Positions 1 through 13,683 of a stretch of 64,000 nucleotides of DNA are shown one piece after another. The position numbers and the translations under genes are program-made. The notes beneath the pieces are model-generated. The model saw nothing but the letters and a program-made list of their open reading frames with translations, had not been told where the DNA came from and did no database searches. Each line of letters begins with the position of its first letter. Position 1 is the stretch's first letter. The stretch is from Malacoraja senta (taxonomy: Eukaryota): assembly GCA_038087875.1 (NCBI GenBank), contig JAXLNO010006027.1:62001-126000 (forward strand), given 5' to 3'.

Positions 1-560
1 GGGAGAGCAATAAGGATTGCAGAAATAGAGTATAATAGCAAAGATGTTGTCAAGCTGGAAAGGGTGCAGAGAAGATTTATGAGGATGCTGCCAGGACCCA
101 AGGTCCTGAGCTATAGGGAGAGGTTGAGCAGGCTAGGGCTTTATCGCTTAGAGCATAGATGATGGGTGATCTTATAGAGGTGTACAAAATCATTAGAGGA
201 ATAGATTGGGTAAACACAGAGAATCATTTACCCAGAGTAGGGGACATGGAGAGAAAGATTTAATAATAATAATAATAGATTTTATTTATATAGCGCTTTT
301 CAGGACTCAAAGTTTTAATAGGAACCTGAAGGGTAACATTTATACACAAAGAATGGTAGGTGTATGGAACGAGCTGCCGGAGGAGGTAGGTAATATTGCA
401 AAGTTTATGAGACATTTGGACAGGTGTATGGATAGGATAGGAATAGAATGATATGCACCAAATGTAGGCCGGTGGGACTAGTGTAGATGGGGCATGTTGA
501 TTGGTATGGGCAAGTTGGGCCAAAGAGCTTGTTTCTATGCTGTATGACTCTATGATTCTA
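1..560 (+). mobile_element. CR1 LINE 3' fragment
   Basis: Decayed RT C-terminus (LERVQRRFMRMLPG, FTQRMVGVWNELP) and tail ending tatgactctatgattcta, shared with many copies in the window. Confidence 0.85.
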
Positions 561-1644
561 ATTGGACTAGGAGCTTTAGTGGGACTAGAAGGACCAGTAT
601 GGTTGTAGTAGACTCAGACTGGAAAAGATAACTAAGATAACGAAGAGGACACAACTTGTAAATGTATGGAGGTGGAGAGAAAACCTAGGTGGAAATATTA
701 GAAATAATAATCAATCTAAAGAAACAAAAGAAAGTATGTTGCTTATCAGAAATGATAATTTAAGCATTAAAGGAAAATCCAAAAGACAAAGTCAGTAAAC
801 CAACATAAATAAATTTAAACTATCTCAGCAAAAGATTAGACCAGAAGGATAGGTCAGGGATTGTGGTCCTGGGAAGTGCTTGTAACATCATCAAGACACT
901 GCATGATGAATGATGCTGTAACAAATAATAAATAGGATGTAGAAATGTTATGAGTACGAATAGAAATGTCCACACTGTAAATTTAGTAAGTACAGAATTC
1001 CTGGCAGCAGGAATTCTGTATAAATGCAAAGATGCAGCAAAAGCAAAGCAATTTTGGAACATAATTTTGGTACAGACCAAGAACAGACCCCTCAGCGCAC
1101 AATGACTGTGTTGAACATTATGCCAAGACATTTCTTAACAACTTGCACAAAATTCACACCCCTTCATTCCCTGCATATCCCGAAGAAGTGGATGATTTTT
1201 GGTTTCTTAGTGAGTAATTATTTGTACATTACATTTGCTAACTGTAATGTAACAACATAATATAAATAATATAGACTGAAAATAGGTGTAAAATGCTGTG
1301 CGCTTGGATTCCAGTCTATATCAATTGGAAGTCAGCAAGACTATCCTGAGGGGAGAAATGCTGGAATATATGGGTCTTTCATAAATTTCCTTGCTCAAGT
1401 CAGAAATTTACTGATTAAAAAAAAACATTTAGAGCAATTTTCTGCAGGAAAATTCTGCAAATGTCCCAAATATATGTGGAAAATGAATTGTTAAGGGTAT
1501 CAAAATTAAGATGTGCTTTTACAAGTATATTAGGGAAATGATAGTGGGCCACATTGAAAATGAGCAATAATAATATTGTAGATAAAAAATACAAAAATAT
1601 TAGATGCTGAATAATTATTTTATGTTAGTATTTAAATAGAAGAG

Positions 1645-2435
1645 TTTGTAAGGGGAATGGATAGGGTAAATGCACATAATCTTTTCCCCCGAGTAGAAGA
1701 ATCAAGAACTAGTGGTCATAATGCTGATAAGGATGTTGCCAGGACTGGAGGGTGTGAGCTATGGGGAGAGGTTGAGTAGGCTGGGTCTCTATTCCATGGA
1801 GCGTAGGAGGATGAGGGGATATCTTATAGAGGTATACAAAATCATGAGAGGAATAGATCGGGTAGATGCACAGAGTCTTTTGTCCAGATTAGGGGAATCG
1901 AGGACCAGAGGGCAGAGGTTCAAGGTGAACGGGAAAATATTTAATAGGAATCAGAGGGATAACTTTTTTCACACAGAGAGTGGTGAGTGTATGGAACAAG
2001 CTGCCAGAGGAGGTAGTTAAGGCTGGGACTATCCCATCATTTAAGAAACAGCTGAACAGGTACATGGATAGGACAGGTTTGGAGGAGGGTTATGGACCAA
2101 GCGCAGGCAAGTGGGATTAGGGTAGCTGGGACATTGTTGGCCAGTGTGGGCGAGTTGGGCTGAAGGGCCTGTTTCCACACTGTATTACTCTATGACTCTA
2201 TAGGTATAAGGTGAGATGGGAAAGATTTAATAGGAACCTGAGGAGAACGAGTTATCAGAGAAAGTAATTGAGGCAGGTGTAACAACAACATTGAAAAGAC
2301 ATTTGGACAGGCACATGGATAAAAACAAGTTTAGAGCAATTTGGGTCAAATGCATGCAGGTGGGACTAGTGTAGATAGAGCATCTTGGTCGGCATGGGCA
2401 AGTTGGGCCGAAGGGCCTCTTTTCACAGAGTATAA
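1645..2435 (+). mobile_element. Two nested CR1 3' fragments
   Basis: Inner copy ~1721-2202 (ORF RMLPGLEGVSYGERLSRLGLYS) splits an outer copy whose consensus ggtcata|ggtataagg rejoins across it. Confidence 0.8.
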
Positions 2436-2775
2436 ATCTTTGTCTCTTAGAGGATAGAACTTTAATATCCTTTGGGAACTAATACTAATGCAAAAGCAAA
2501 ATACTTCAGATATTATAAACATGGAATAGAAATGGAAAATACTGGAAATATTCAACAGCACACGCAGCATCAGTGAAGCAAATCTGATGAACAGAGTTCA
2601 GATTTCCACAGATTTTAATATTTTTTACACTTAACATCTCTGACACCACGTCATCATCCTTGAACGAGAACGTTGTTTCTCTCTGTAGTGATTTTGCTTG
2701 GCAGTTTGTGGTTATTAAAGTAACCAGGGATGGGACTTGCCAAAACTATTTTAAGGAAAGTAACAATAGTTTGGT

Positions 2776-3047
2776 TTAGTTTAGAGATGCAGCATGGAAA
2801 TAGGCCTTTCGACCCACAAAGTCTATGCTGAACATCGTTAACACTAGTTCCATGTTATTCCTCTTTCACGATTTTACAAAGGCCAAAGAACCTACAAACC
2901 TGCACATCTTTGGGATGTGGGAGGAAACCGGAGCACCCAGACAAAACCCATGCAGACACAGGGAGAACATGCAAACTGCCAAGGTCAGGATTGAACCCAG
3001 GTCTCTGGCGCTGTGATGCAGCAACTCTACCAGCTGTGCCACTGTGG
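2776..3047 (-). mobile_element. tRNA-derived SINE (HE1/V-SINE-like)
   Basis: Minus strand A box tggcacagctgg, B box ggttcaatcc (2988-2997), core gctccggtttcctcccaca, CR1-like tail. Confidence 0.8.
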
Positions 3048-3299
3048 CAGCTGGTAGATTAATACAATAATGACAATGACTAAAAGGAGGTCTGGAGAAT
3101 TTCCATTCCAAGGATTTAAAAGGACTATTTGACATAGATGATGTGGCTATAATTTTGCCATGCTTTTCAGAATTAAGATCCATTCTGTTTGATTACTATT
3201 AAAGATGACAGAGGGAGGGCAAGGAATGTTTCAATTATATTAACTAACTTCAGTTGTTGAATTCAGTATAAAGAACAACGTGAATGAACACCTTGAAAT

Positions 3300-4330
3300 T
3301 TTTGACCCAGCTTGAAGTCATACCTGATGAACATGATTACAATTTAAAAATGCAACTAAGCAAGTTGATACGGGAGTTACAGTAGATTTTATTTACGTAG
3401 TTTTCAAGAAGGCATTTGATAAAGACAATCAGCAGAAGATGAAATGGCTGCAAATTTGTGACCTGGCCCAGAATTTCACTACATGCTAGGAGTTTGATAG
3501 ATGTGATAGCAAGAAAAGTTTCTAAGTTGCAATATGTAACCAGAACTATTCTATATCAGTGTCTCAAGAACATACTGTATAGCGGATGAGATGGAAAGCT
3601 TTATACCTAAGCGGCATAAAGATGGGGAACATAATGAATGGTTTATATGAAAGCATTAAGTCAAAGGACAAAATTAAGGGCAAATACATTTTAAGCGAGA
3701 CAATGTGAAGTCATCCAAGGTGGACCTGAAAAAAGAGGCGTAACATTGACTTACAAATAGTGAAAATCTAGAAATAATGGGAAGCCCAGAGGCACATCAA
3801 TCCGTATGTATTGATAAAAAGATAAATGCAATCCTGATCTTTACTGAGATTGTAGAATACAAAGGCAGAATATGAAGAGATAGGCTACGACTATACAAAG
3901 ATTGGGTTGGAGCATAATTGAAGGAATGTGAATGAAGAAAATATTAGCTTTACAGGGAGAGTGGAGCATAGATTTACCAGAGCTATACCCAGCTCCGGGA
4001 TTATAATTACAAGAAAAGTTCAGAAAATCTAGGTTGGCATTCTCTGGAATGTAGAAATTTAATAAGTGGTCTGATCAATTTCAGGTTGTCTATTAAAACT
4101 GATGGAGTGCTTAAAAAAGCTCAATCCACTGTCTGCTTAGTTTCATACTGGGAAGCATTGTCTAAAAGTTAGAGCCAGCTCACACAGAGCAAAGAAAGGA
4201 AATCCATCACCATGGAAAAAGTGGTAAAACATTGCAGTTTCTTTTTCTGCAAATAGAATAGATGTTAGGTATTTTGTTAGTTACAAATCTAGAATTGCTA
4301 GATCTCTGTCAACTGAAATTGATAAGGAAT
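3300..4330 (+). mobile_element. Old degraded CR1 RT fragment
   Basis: VDFIYVVFKKAFDK motif near 3382-3423 and later decayed CR1 RT blocks. Confidence 0.6.
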
Positions 4331-4339
4331 ACGGGACCA

Positions 4340-4430
4340 CAAGAAACTGCAGGTGCTGGAACTCAACGGTTCAGGCATTATCTGTGGAGGGAATGGACAG
4401 CTGATGTTTCGGGTGGGGACCCATCTTCAG
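4340..4430 (-). mobile_element. Short Penelope-derived element with hammerhead-like core
   Basis: Minus 4401-4430: CTGAAGA T GGGT cccc ACCC GAAAC ATC; flank shared with copies at 28931, 44260, 46991, 49694. Confidence 0.6.
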
Positions 4431-5189
4431 GTTGATTGGAGTGGGGGGTGGGGGGGAGGGGTTAGCAATATGGGCATAGGCAAATCTGTCACCAATCAGC
4501 CATAGTTTCAATGAATAAAATAACGCTAAATGATTTAATCCCTATCTCAGTCATTAGGTCCAAATTCTTCTAACACGTAAAACGTGTTTTATCAGTTTTG
4601 CAGCTAAAGATGGTACGACGCATTTTCCCATACCTTAATTATACTAATGATTAATGTTTTTTTCTGTATACTGGGAATAAAGGGGTGGTAACCTTGCCCT
4701 TTGTACTGCGCCGCTTTCAACTTAGCAACAGCATTTTTCTCACTCTGTGTCAATCGTTTTCTCGCTGGTAACCTTGCGCCATTGTTTTTTTTTAAATTTA
4801 ATTCAATGAACCTCTCTATGAAAATGGAACAACTATTAAATCTCCATGCCTGTTGAGGAGTTACAACATGATTTTGCCTGAGATCGAGCATTTCTGTTAT
4901 GAGTAGAGACCGGAGAGGCTAGGTCCGCTTTCCCCGCAATGGAGGAGGATAAGAGGGGATGTGATTAAGGAATATACACCAGGGTAATATTTTACTCTGA
5001 TAACTATTTCATTGCAAACTGCAAATGGCAGTCTTGATTTTGTTACTACTCTGTACTTGTGTATAATGTATTATGAGTTTTGCACGGTTGCTGTTTTGTA
5101 TATATATATATTGACTAAAGTTTCGTTTTGAAATTAAAAAGATCACAGACAAAAAAAGGGTAAACTGCATGACGTCGGAGAGAAATAAA

Positions 5190-5465
5190 GCTAGATCACA
5201 TAGATGTAGGGTTATAGGTAAGAGATTTAAAGGAGATCTGGGGCCAAGTGTTTTCACCCGGAGAGTGGTGAGCACATGAAAGAAACTGCCTGTGAGAGTG
5301 ACAGAAACAGAGTCATGAGCAGTATTTAACTGGATAAACACTTAAACGACCTGGGCATAGAAGGCTGTGGGCCAAGTACTGGAAGACCAGATTAATGCAG
5401 ATGGGTGCCCACTGGTCGGCATAGATGTGGTGGGCTAATAATCTGATTTACGACTCTATGATTCC
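5190..5465 (+). mobile_element. CR1 3' fragment
   Basis: ttttcacccggagagtggtg block and gactctatgattc tail. Confidence 0.7.
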
Positions 5466-7254
5466 ATTTGCTTTATCTGTTTAGCGTCTTTCACCATAAT
5501 TGTCAAACACAACATGCCTTGCTCTAGTTGGTATCAATTGACCATCTTTAGCCTCAGCAAACTAATTCCATCTCATTGATTTATTCTGAGTGCCGGACAG
5601 GTGTAAGGCAGGGGCTGGTGTTTCAGCCACTCAATATATAGCACATTGATGCACCGCACCGGGACGTCTTATTTAGGGCGAGGATTCCATTTGATCTTGC
5701 CTTCACCCGATCCACCAAACTAATATCGGACTTGAATTTCATTGTTCTATCTGGGACATATGACAATAAAACACTCTTGGCTCTTGAAGGAGAGCTCTAC
5801 AATGCACAATATTCAACTAGTTCTTATTGAATGAAAAACATAAATTCTTAGATTATAAACAGAGTTTAAATGCAAGAGTAGCTTTCCTGAAATGTTGATA
5901 AGATAATCAAACAAAATTTGTGTAAGACTGAACGGAGGCACCATGGGGAAACTATGTTTATGCAAATACCCATTCTCTTAATGATGTCCAAACTTGAAAT
6001 ATAACCGATTTAATGTTGTTATCCTTGAATTATGCGCAATCAATAGTTTTATTGCCCTCTTGTCTTTGTGACAGTCACTGCTCCGGGATTACTGGGACTA
6101 AGTGCTGAAAAATTGGATTCGTCTGGGTAGCTCTTTAATGACAACCACAGACGCGATGGGCCGAGTGGCTTCCTTTTGCGTCTATTTGTGTTATTCTGTT
6201 TCTGTTATAATCTATCGCAGTTTCCACGACCCTGTCGTGTGAACTTACTACCAGGTACCGGTGAAGCTATCTTTACCTCTATCGCGTTTGTTTTGCCAAT
6301 GTTTCGCATATAATTACTGCTCAATCCGAATGGGGAAGACGATGAAGATTTCCCGATACGGAGACGAACAGTCTCCATCCAACTATTTACTCATGTAGAA
6401 AATAACTTTCCTCTTTGCTCGTCGCAGATTGAAGTGACCTAAAGCTAGAGTGCGGAAAATCGCCAGTCTAGCGTGTTTCGCCGTTTTGCTGGGAGACTTC
6501 TGGAAATTGCTACACAAATTGGTTAGACCTTCTCATAGCTTAAGATATTCTCACGAACACTAACGGATTCAGGAGGTAGTTTTATAAAGTATAATGTGTG
6601 TGATAAGTCTGCGATATTTTGCAATTACTTTGTTCACTCCGAGCTACAATTACTCAGCGGCCTTTATCTGACAGTTTGCTCATCTTACTCCCAATCTTTA
6701 AAAGCTACTTCTTCGGCAAATGTAGTCCGTTGCCCTTCTTGTAATTTTGTTTTAAAAGGCATTTTTTGGTTAAGGACGTTGTCTTTACAGAAAATGGTTA
6801 CAAAACGTGTCAAGGGCTAAATTATTTGACTGGTAATGGCCTGTACCTCTGAAGAAAGTTAATGGTACAAGGAAAGATAACTCTGGGAGAACTTAGTAGC
6901 TGTAATAACTCGCAGCTGTTGCCGTGTCGTTACTTATCTGCGTCAGTTAAGGCAGAGGGACAGATCGCCGTTTCTTTTATGAAAAGTTAGTCAGACTTTA
7001 GGAAGGGAGGGGGGCGGGCGCATTACATACATCTTTAAAAAATCTGTTTTATAGTTTAGTCATTGTAATGGAAAATGTTCGAAAGGTATATTTGTTATAC
7101 TGGGGATTGTATTCTATTTACTTTCATTCTGTTGAAGTGGTGATTCTAAACCCTGTGACTGGAGGAGTTACCACCCAATTTAAATCCCAAATCACTAAGT
7201 TTCATTCAAGTGCATATTTTTATTCTAAAGTTTGCGGCCAGCAAAAGATTGCAG

Positions 7255-7665
7255 CATCTCTATCGAGGGGATCTATGGGAGGCGCTGCTACAAAAAGGGC
7301 AGTCAACATCGTCAAAGACTTACACCACACTGCGGTGTGACTTCACTCCGACCATTGGGAAGAACATTTAGGAGTCTGAAAACTGTGACCACCAGGTTCA
7401 AGAATACTTCTTCCCAACAACCATCAGGCTCTTGAATATCACAAACACTAACTGAACAATGAACCGCCTAGGTTGCCCAGAGGACTTCGGTTTTGGCACT
7501 AATTATGTTTTTATTTTATAAATAAATAAATTAATTAATTATGTTTTAAGTTAAGTGTTTTATTAGTATTGTGTTTACAGGCATGCATGCTGCTGCAAGT
7601 AACAATTCCATTACTCCGTTGATCGGTACATATGGCCATAAACACTCTTAACTCTTGACTCTTGA
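7255..7665 (+). mobile_element. Rex/Babar-like LINE 3' fragment
   Basis: SIEGIYGRRCYKK and TTRFKNTSS remnants; (ctcttga)n tail; homologous to 45321-45770 and 48995-49515. Confidence 0.65.
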
Positions 7666-9506
7666 ATCAGTGGTCAGTCACAGTTTTGAAATTTGGCATA
7701 AGCTTTGAACACTTGCAGTGAGTATTTGTCTGAATAAAATGCGCTCAATCACATCGAATTCAAACAGCGGAAATTGCAGCCACCGCGTTTCTTTGAAAAT
7801 AGTTCAGGCGGCCGGAGCGGATATGGTGCCTCTTTATATTCACCCGATGATGTTACAACTGAGAGTATGCATATTTTTGTCCCCTTTGATTGTGCGTGCG
7901 TGTGCCTGCGTGTGTATTTTTAACCTGCTGACGGAGATTGGAGCAGGCTGATCAGTCAGTCGTGGAGAAACTAGAAAGTTGGTCTGTACACGGTTCACGG
8001 AGCTTGCTCTGAGATAGCAAGGTGCAGAGAATGGCAGAACAATCACAGGACTTTAGCACAGGTTACCACACACAAACCCCCAGACAAAAAAACCCCAAAG
8101 ACAAACGGGAGGTGCGTGCGAACGGAAGCACGACCCTGCTGGTAATATTGTACAGGAAAGCAGCCTGGCGTGACCCAGGGGATCCTAACACAAGTTATGA
8201 GGAACACATCAAAACAGAACTCCGACGTGAATGCAACCAAGAATACTATGGCCCAGTAACCTCATACATAGAAAACCTGCCGGCAGAGAGAAAAATACAA
8301 TGCTGAGATCATGATACCATCAAAGTAAGCACAGCAAACCACCAATCCACTGAACTTTGACAGCAGGATGAAACAAAACACATAACTATCATACCGTACC
8401 CAGTCCCTCCCCAAATACGGCTTGCCTAACATAGCCCTGTTAACAACCCCAAACAAGGCAAATTGATGCTTTCGAGCTAAATGCGAATATCTTTCTTCAG
8501 GTTACAATAATACGAAAAGTCGCAGCAACAAAGTAGTCTGTAGCATTGTGATGTCAGGCTTATACATGACCCGGTGACCCCCTTCCCTCAAAAAAGGCTA
8601 ATGTTGTCGCATGCTTTAAAGTGGCAAACGCGAGTTTAAACATCAGATTTTGTTTTGCATTCTTTCGCCAATAAATAAAACTGGTATTTTGGGCTATCGT
8701 CCAATATTACGTTGTATTCAAACGCTACGTACATTTTTCGTTTGCTCTGAAAAGATTCGTTTTGACCAACGGGATTTTCAGTTAAACTTCATTTCGGACT
8801 TATTTCGATAGTTACTGATGGAAATTTAGATAATTTTGTCTAATGGATGTCCATCCGTCGTCTCCCTGACTGTCAATTCTTCTCATTTGCAATCCTATTC
8901 TGTCTACCATCCAGCCTGCCTTCGATTCAACCACCCATTCACCAATTCACCTTTCAGCTAATAGAAACTCTGTTATATATTTCATTTCCAAACTGAGGTT
9001 TCTTTGTAACATAAAACTCCATAAAGTCTCAATGTTATATCTGTAAAGAAGCTATACAATTTATAAACAACGTGTTGTTTTATGATATCCATAAACTGCT
9101 ACGTGTTGGATCATCAAGTAATGTTGCCTTAAAATTAAGATAAGTCTTCTTGTCTAATTCCATCTAAGAAAGGGCTGGACACGAACACGTCAGTGCATTG
9201 TGCGTTATTGCCGCATGGAAAGAATCTACAATTTCTCTCTGTTCTCTAGACCCAGAAAAATATTTGATATACAATTTACTAAATAAAGGAAGCGAGTTTG
9301 GTTTGTTTCAGTGAATATGAGTACAATAAGCCAGTCTAAAATGTGGTACTGTTGCGATGGCTCTAAAATCAATGAATTTAATAGACACTGTCGATATGAG
9401 GTTACACATATATAGCTAAGAAGGTTCATTCTACATGGTTATTGGAATACAAACTATTGACTTAACAACTTAACCATGCATATTAATTGTGTTTTATATT
9501 CCATAC

Positions 9507-9567
9507 CCTTTTTAATGACGGATTGGTCCAATAAACTCATGCCAGTGGTACCCGTGTCATCCAAAGC
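9507..9567 (-). CDS. TFAP2B: TFAP2B exon 3
   Basis: Acceptor ttaacag|GCT, donor AAGG|gtatgg; 61 nt, [20 protein letters not shown]+1 nt, matching mammalian [20 protein letters not shown]. Confidence 0.95.
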
Positions 9568-12500
9568 CTGTTAATATATAAAAAAGGTCATATCACTATT
9601 CAAATTGACTTGATATTAAACAGTCATGTATATAAATCAAGCTCAACTGAAATCGACTATCTGTTATTTCCATTTATATTACCTGTTTGAGGGTTTATTA
9701 TTCTAAGACGAAATTACCAGAGGAAATCAAATTCTCCAAAATTACATATTATCAGAAAATAAGCTGCCTAACATCTGGGACCCAAGCGCTTTTTGTTGTT
9801 ATCGCGGAAAACATTCCGAACAAATTCATGAACAAAAGCATATATTTGTTTAAAATGTACAGCTATGTAAATGAATTTAACATATTTTACCTAGTGACAA
9901 ATTTACCCAGTTATATGTAGCTGTGCAAATATGTGTGTAATAACATCTATATATTCAATGCATCATACAATAACAAGTATGTTCGTGATACATGCTTAAT
10001 AAAATAGCACGTGAGCACCTCCGATTAGATAATTATGTAACAGTATCATTAATAAACACACTGTCAGTCTTCCAAAGCAAATGTTACTGACTAAACGAGT
10101 AACCAATTAAAATGTTAATTCTTCATTGAAGTAAATATATGTTAGGAGATGTATGATATTTTAGTTTTTTCTCAGCAGAAACATAAATTACTGTAACGTT
10201 TGTCAGCAATGAACCTTCAGTAGATCATGTTGAGAAAAAAAAACGCACATACCCTTCCTTGAATTAGTTTCTGGAGAAATTCACTCATCTAGAGACTAGA
10301 GTTTGGAAATTACGTTATGCTATATTGACCCATTTAGAACAAGGCAGAACAAAATCTTGCCACATGTTTAATTAAATCGTGATCGTGCAACTGCAAAAGC
10401 TTATTATGTGTTCTTGTGTTCAGATGCGTGTGATAATCTGACCCTTAGCGTCAGACGGTTAATGCCATACGACACGCACGATTATTTCTTAAATGATTAG
10501 CTTTGTTTCTGTTTTGGTTATTTACATCTACATTGGTTAAACAAAATAAGTAATATGTAACCCTCCGAGGATTTAGCTCTTGTATGTTCTTCAAATAATC
10601 ATAGATGTCTCGTGTAATTGCTTTTATCCAAGGTTTTCCAGGAATTGCAATTTTGGAATGCACCTCAGGTTTGCTTGAGCTAAAAGCCATGCTTCATCAA
10701 CGACCATTATCTACATTAACAAAATAAAAACCCAGAGCGATAATCCCCCATCGTCTACTATAATTAAAAGAAAAACAAATATCATACACTGGAGTTTAAG
10801 AATTTGTGATACAGATTCCTTCTGAAAGATTTGAGATAATTTAAGGAAGCGCTACTTTATCATTTTACTAATCCTTCAAACTTCATGTTAGTGTTTTGCT
10901 TTACACAACATGTATTTAATGTTACACCTTATTACATGCTTTTTTACGTTTACGATTGTGACGTTGATGATCTAGAATCTCTAATATTTAATCTGCAAAA
11001 CTAACTACATATTTTACATTGGTAGATATAAAAAAAGTTTTCCAACATATATTTTAATTTGAATGCATGCGATTTATTATTACATGGTGGTGGAAACAAC
11101 GTTAACAGAGCGTGGGGCAATGTCCACGTGTCTCCTAGACACGTGCTTTAGTCTGTTGTAGACAATAGGCAATGGGGTGATAGCATATATAGTGAAATGA
11201 AATATCACGGCATCGAATTCAAAGTAGCTGGACTCACTAATGTTAGCTCTTAATAAATTGAAAAGTGAATTATCTTGCATACATTCAATCAGTAATATTT
11301 TTTATCACAAGATGCGCGTGTTTCCTTCGGGCAATAATTTTGTAGAAAAAATATTTTGAGATGAGCTTTAGAGTAAACCACTTCAGCAAAATGTTCAGGA
11401 GAAGTTTGTGTAGCTAATGAGAAAGGTCTACTTTGATTTTCTATCTAATTATCACCGCCTGCTGGGTTTTTGTAGAGGATATTCACGCAGCATGTTGGCA
11501 GTTAATAGTCACAGAGAGTATCATAAAGATTTAATTAGAAATGCATGCGGAAATGAGGGAAAAACAACTCACACTTTTAATTACCAGACTCTTTGCTTTA
11601 AAGGGATGCGAACAGCGGGATTTTAACAAATTGCAAAAGGGAACGCGTGCACGTTTACAAACAGTTTACTGAACGTATCCTCCTTGCATTTGGTCTAATT
11701 TTTATTATTTGCTTTCCTTTTTACGCCGTGCCTGCAGTGGCGCCCCCTCTATATTTCAAATTACTCGCTTTCAAATTAAAAGCAGGCTTGTATCCTTGAA
11801 GCCAGAATGGCCCATTTCCTAGGTGGCGTGTTAATATCTTATGTCTACAATTAGCCAGATCCTGATGTATGTTCCATTTAGAAGCAAGGTCGTTAAAACC
11901 GCTTGGTGGGTGTGGCAGGCGAGGGGAAGAATTATCTCGATAAATATCATACAATACTTCTCGTAGGATATACCCCAGCATTTTCACACATATAAATGGC
12001 AATTTAAAATCTCAGTTCTTGTATTGTAAGACATTTGTTCGAGCCAGGTTGCATAAATGCTTGCCAGTTTACGAAATAAGTTGTTTATTTGTGCACGTCC
12101 ACAGGTGACTCGAAATGAGAGTCACTGTTGTTAAAAACAAAGCTATGTGTCATATTTAATCCGACTATTGTAATTTAAACACAGAGCGGTGCACATGAAA
12201 GGATTGGCAATGTTTACCAGGCTGGATTACATGCCGCCAGATACAATCTACACGATGCGAGTATCACGGGAGTTAGACTTTCTGCGCGAATATGCACTGA
12301 AGTGATGTGTCGAAGAGATGCGCCCACACGGTGGATTTTGTAATATATATTAATCGCCATAGCGAGAAATTACTTTGAAACGCGGAGTATTATTATAGCG
12401 AGACTTGTGACAGTTTTGCTGGCGGAGATATAAAACTGGGACAAGGAATTGATTCAGGGAACTATATGTGATCATTGGGGGACAATGAGATCTCACTCGC

Positions 12501-13594
12501 TTGCAACGCTCAATGGTAGAAAATTCAACATCATTCCTCAGCCTAGGGCAAGAACTGCTTATTTGGTTAAAGTTCATTCCCCTTTGTTCTTATTTTAAAA
12601 AAAACTGCCGCTGACCCTTAAAGAATTATCACTATGCTTATCTCGTGGATATTATCTTTCAGGTACTTTTTGTAAATCAAAATAACAGTTCTTTTCTTCA
12701 TTTTAATGTTTCTCTCAATTGGTCCTTAATTAAAATATATAACAACTAATCTGTTCCAATATAAAGCCTGATATTGAAAGAAAGGGATGATTATCGAAAA
12801 ATATCCATTGCTAAATTAGAAGGAACTCGATCATAAGGACGAAATGCATCGTTGGGGATCATCGTAAATGAACCAAGTAAACACTTTCCTCCCGTTTCTC
12901 CTCCTGGGTAAAAATCTATTCGCCGAATTATGATTAATTCTGACAGACTTTAGTGTTGTTTTCATTTTCAATTAACCAAATAATCCAAAGTTCGAAGTAG
13001 TAACAAGTATTTGAGGGTAACATCGTTGTAACCTAAATAACTCAACTTTGTCAACAAAATGTCGACACCCTTCATCTTTGGTCTTTAATCAAAATTTAAA
13101 TTTACAAAATGCCGACGTTTGCATATTTGAGGTTTTTTTAAGGAGGAGGTTGTATTTCGTCATTTTGTTTTCTTGGCACCGTTCCCCCGCAAATGGTGAC
13201 GAAAATCAAACCAGCCATTGCATCCGGGGGAAAACCCCAAACAGTTGCGAAACCTGTAAACTTTCCTAAAGACTCAAAGATTAGAGGGCCGCTTAGTGCG
13301 TGCACCAAGTTTACAATTTACCATTTTCAGCGCGTTCTGATAACGGAAACTATACTTTTGATGGTAAATTCTTAATTTGAGGGTAATTCTCACCCAGCCT
13401 GGGTCTTTGGGTATGGCCAAGGTGCAGTTTAGTATTCACTCGCCTAGGATCTCTTTGCTGAGCACAGGAAATGCCGCAACATTTTACGAAATAGCATTTT
13501 ATTTAAGGCCCGTTGTTTGCATTTTATGTGGATGGGAATCGGTCGACTAGATTACGTCTTCTTGTGGGATGTGTGTGTGTCGTGGGAGGGAGGA

Positions 13595-13683
13595 GGTGCT
13601 GCAATGGGGGTGGGTGAGCGGTGGCGAGTGGGTGCTGCAATGGGGGGTGGGTGAGCGGTGGCGAGTGGGTGCTGCAATGGGGG
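13595..13683 (+). repeat. G-rich minisatellite, ~2.4 x 36-37 bp
   Basis: ggtgctgcaatgggggtgggtgagcggtggcgagtg repeated at 13595, 13631 and partially at 13668. Confidence 0.95.

Noticed and set aside
2490-2700. Possible older Penelope-type palindromic element with ctgatga
   Set aside because: Too decayed; no helix II or GAAAC pairing supportable.
2980-3047. tRNA genes (also 27602, 43511)
   Set aside because: A/B boxes are SINE heads followed by SINE core and LINE-like tails; no full cloverleaf.
1-9506. TFAP2B exon 4 onward (VFCSVPGRLSLLSS)
   Set aside because: Not found by eye; the 4604-4891 ORF has no AP-2 similarity. Presumably beyond the window.
11730-11752. CTCF-like gcgccccctcta (also 15445-15460)
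   Set aside because: Lack the conserved CCAS end of the core motif; too weak to call.
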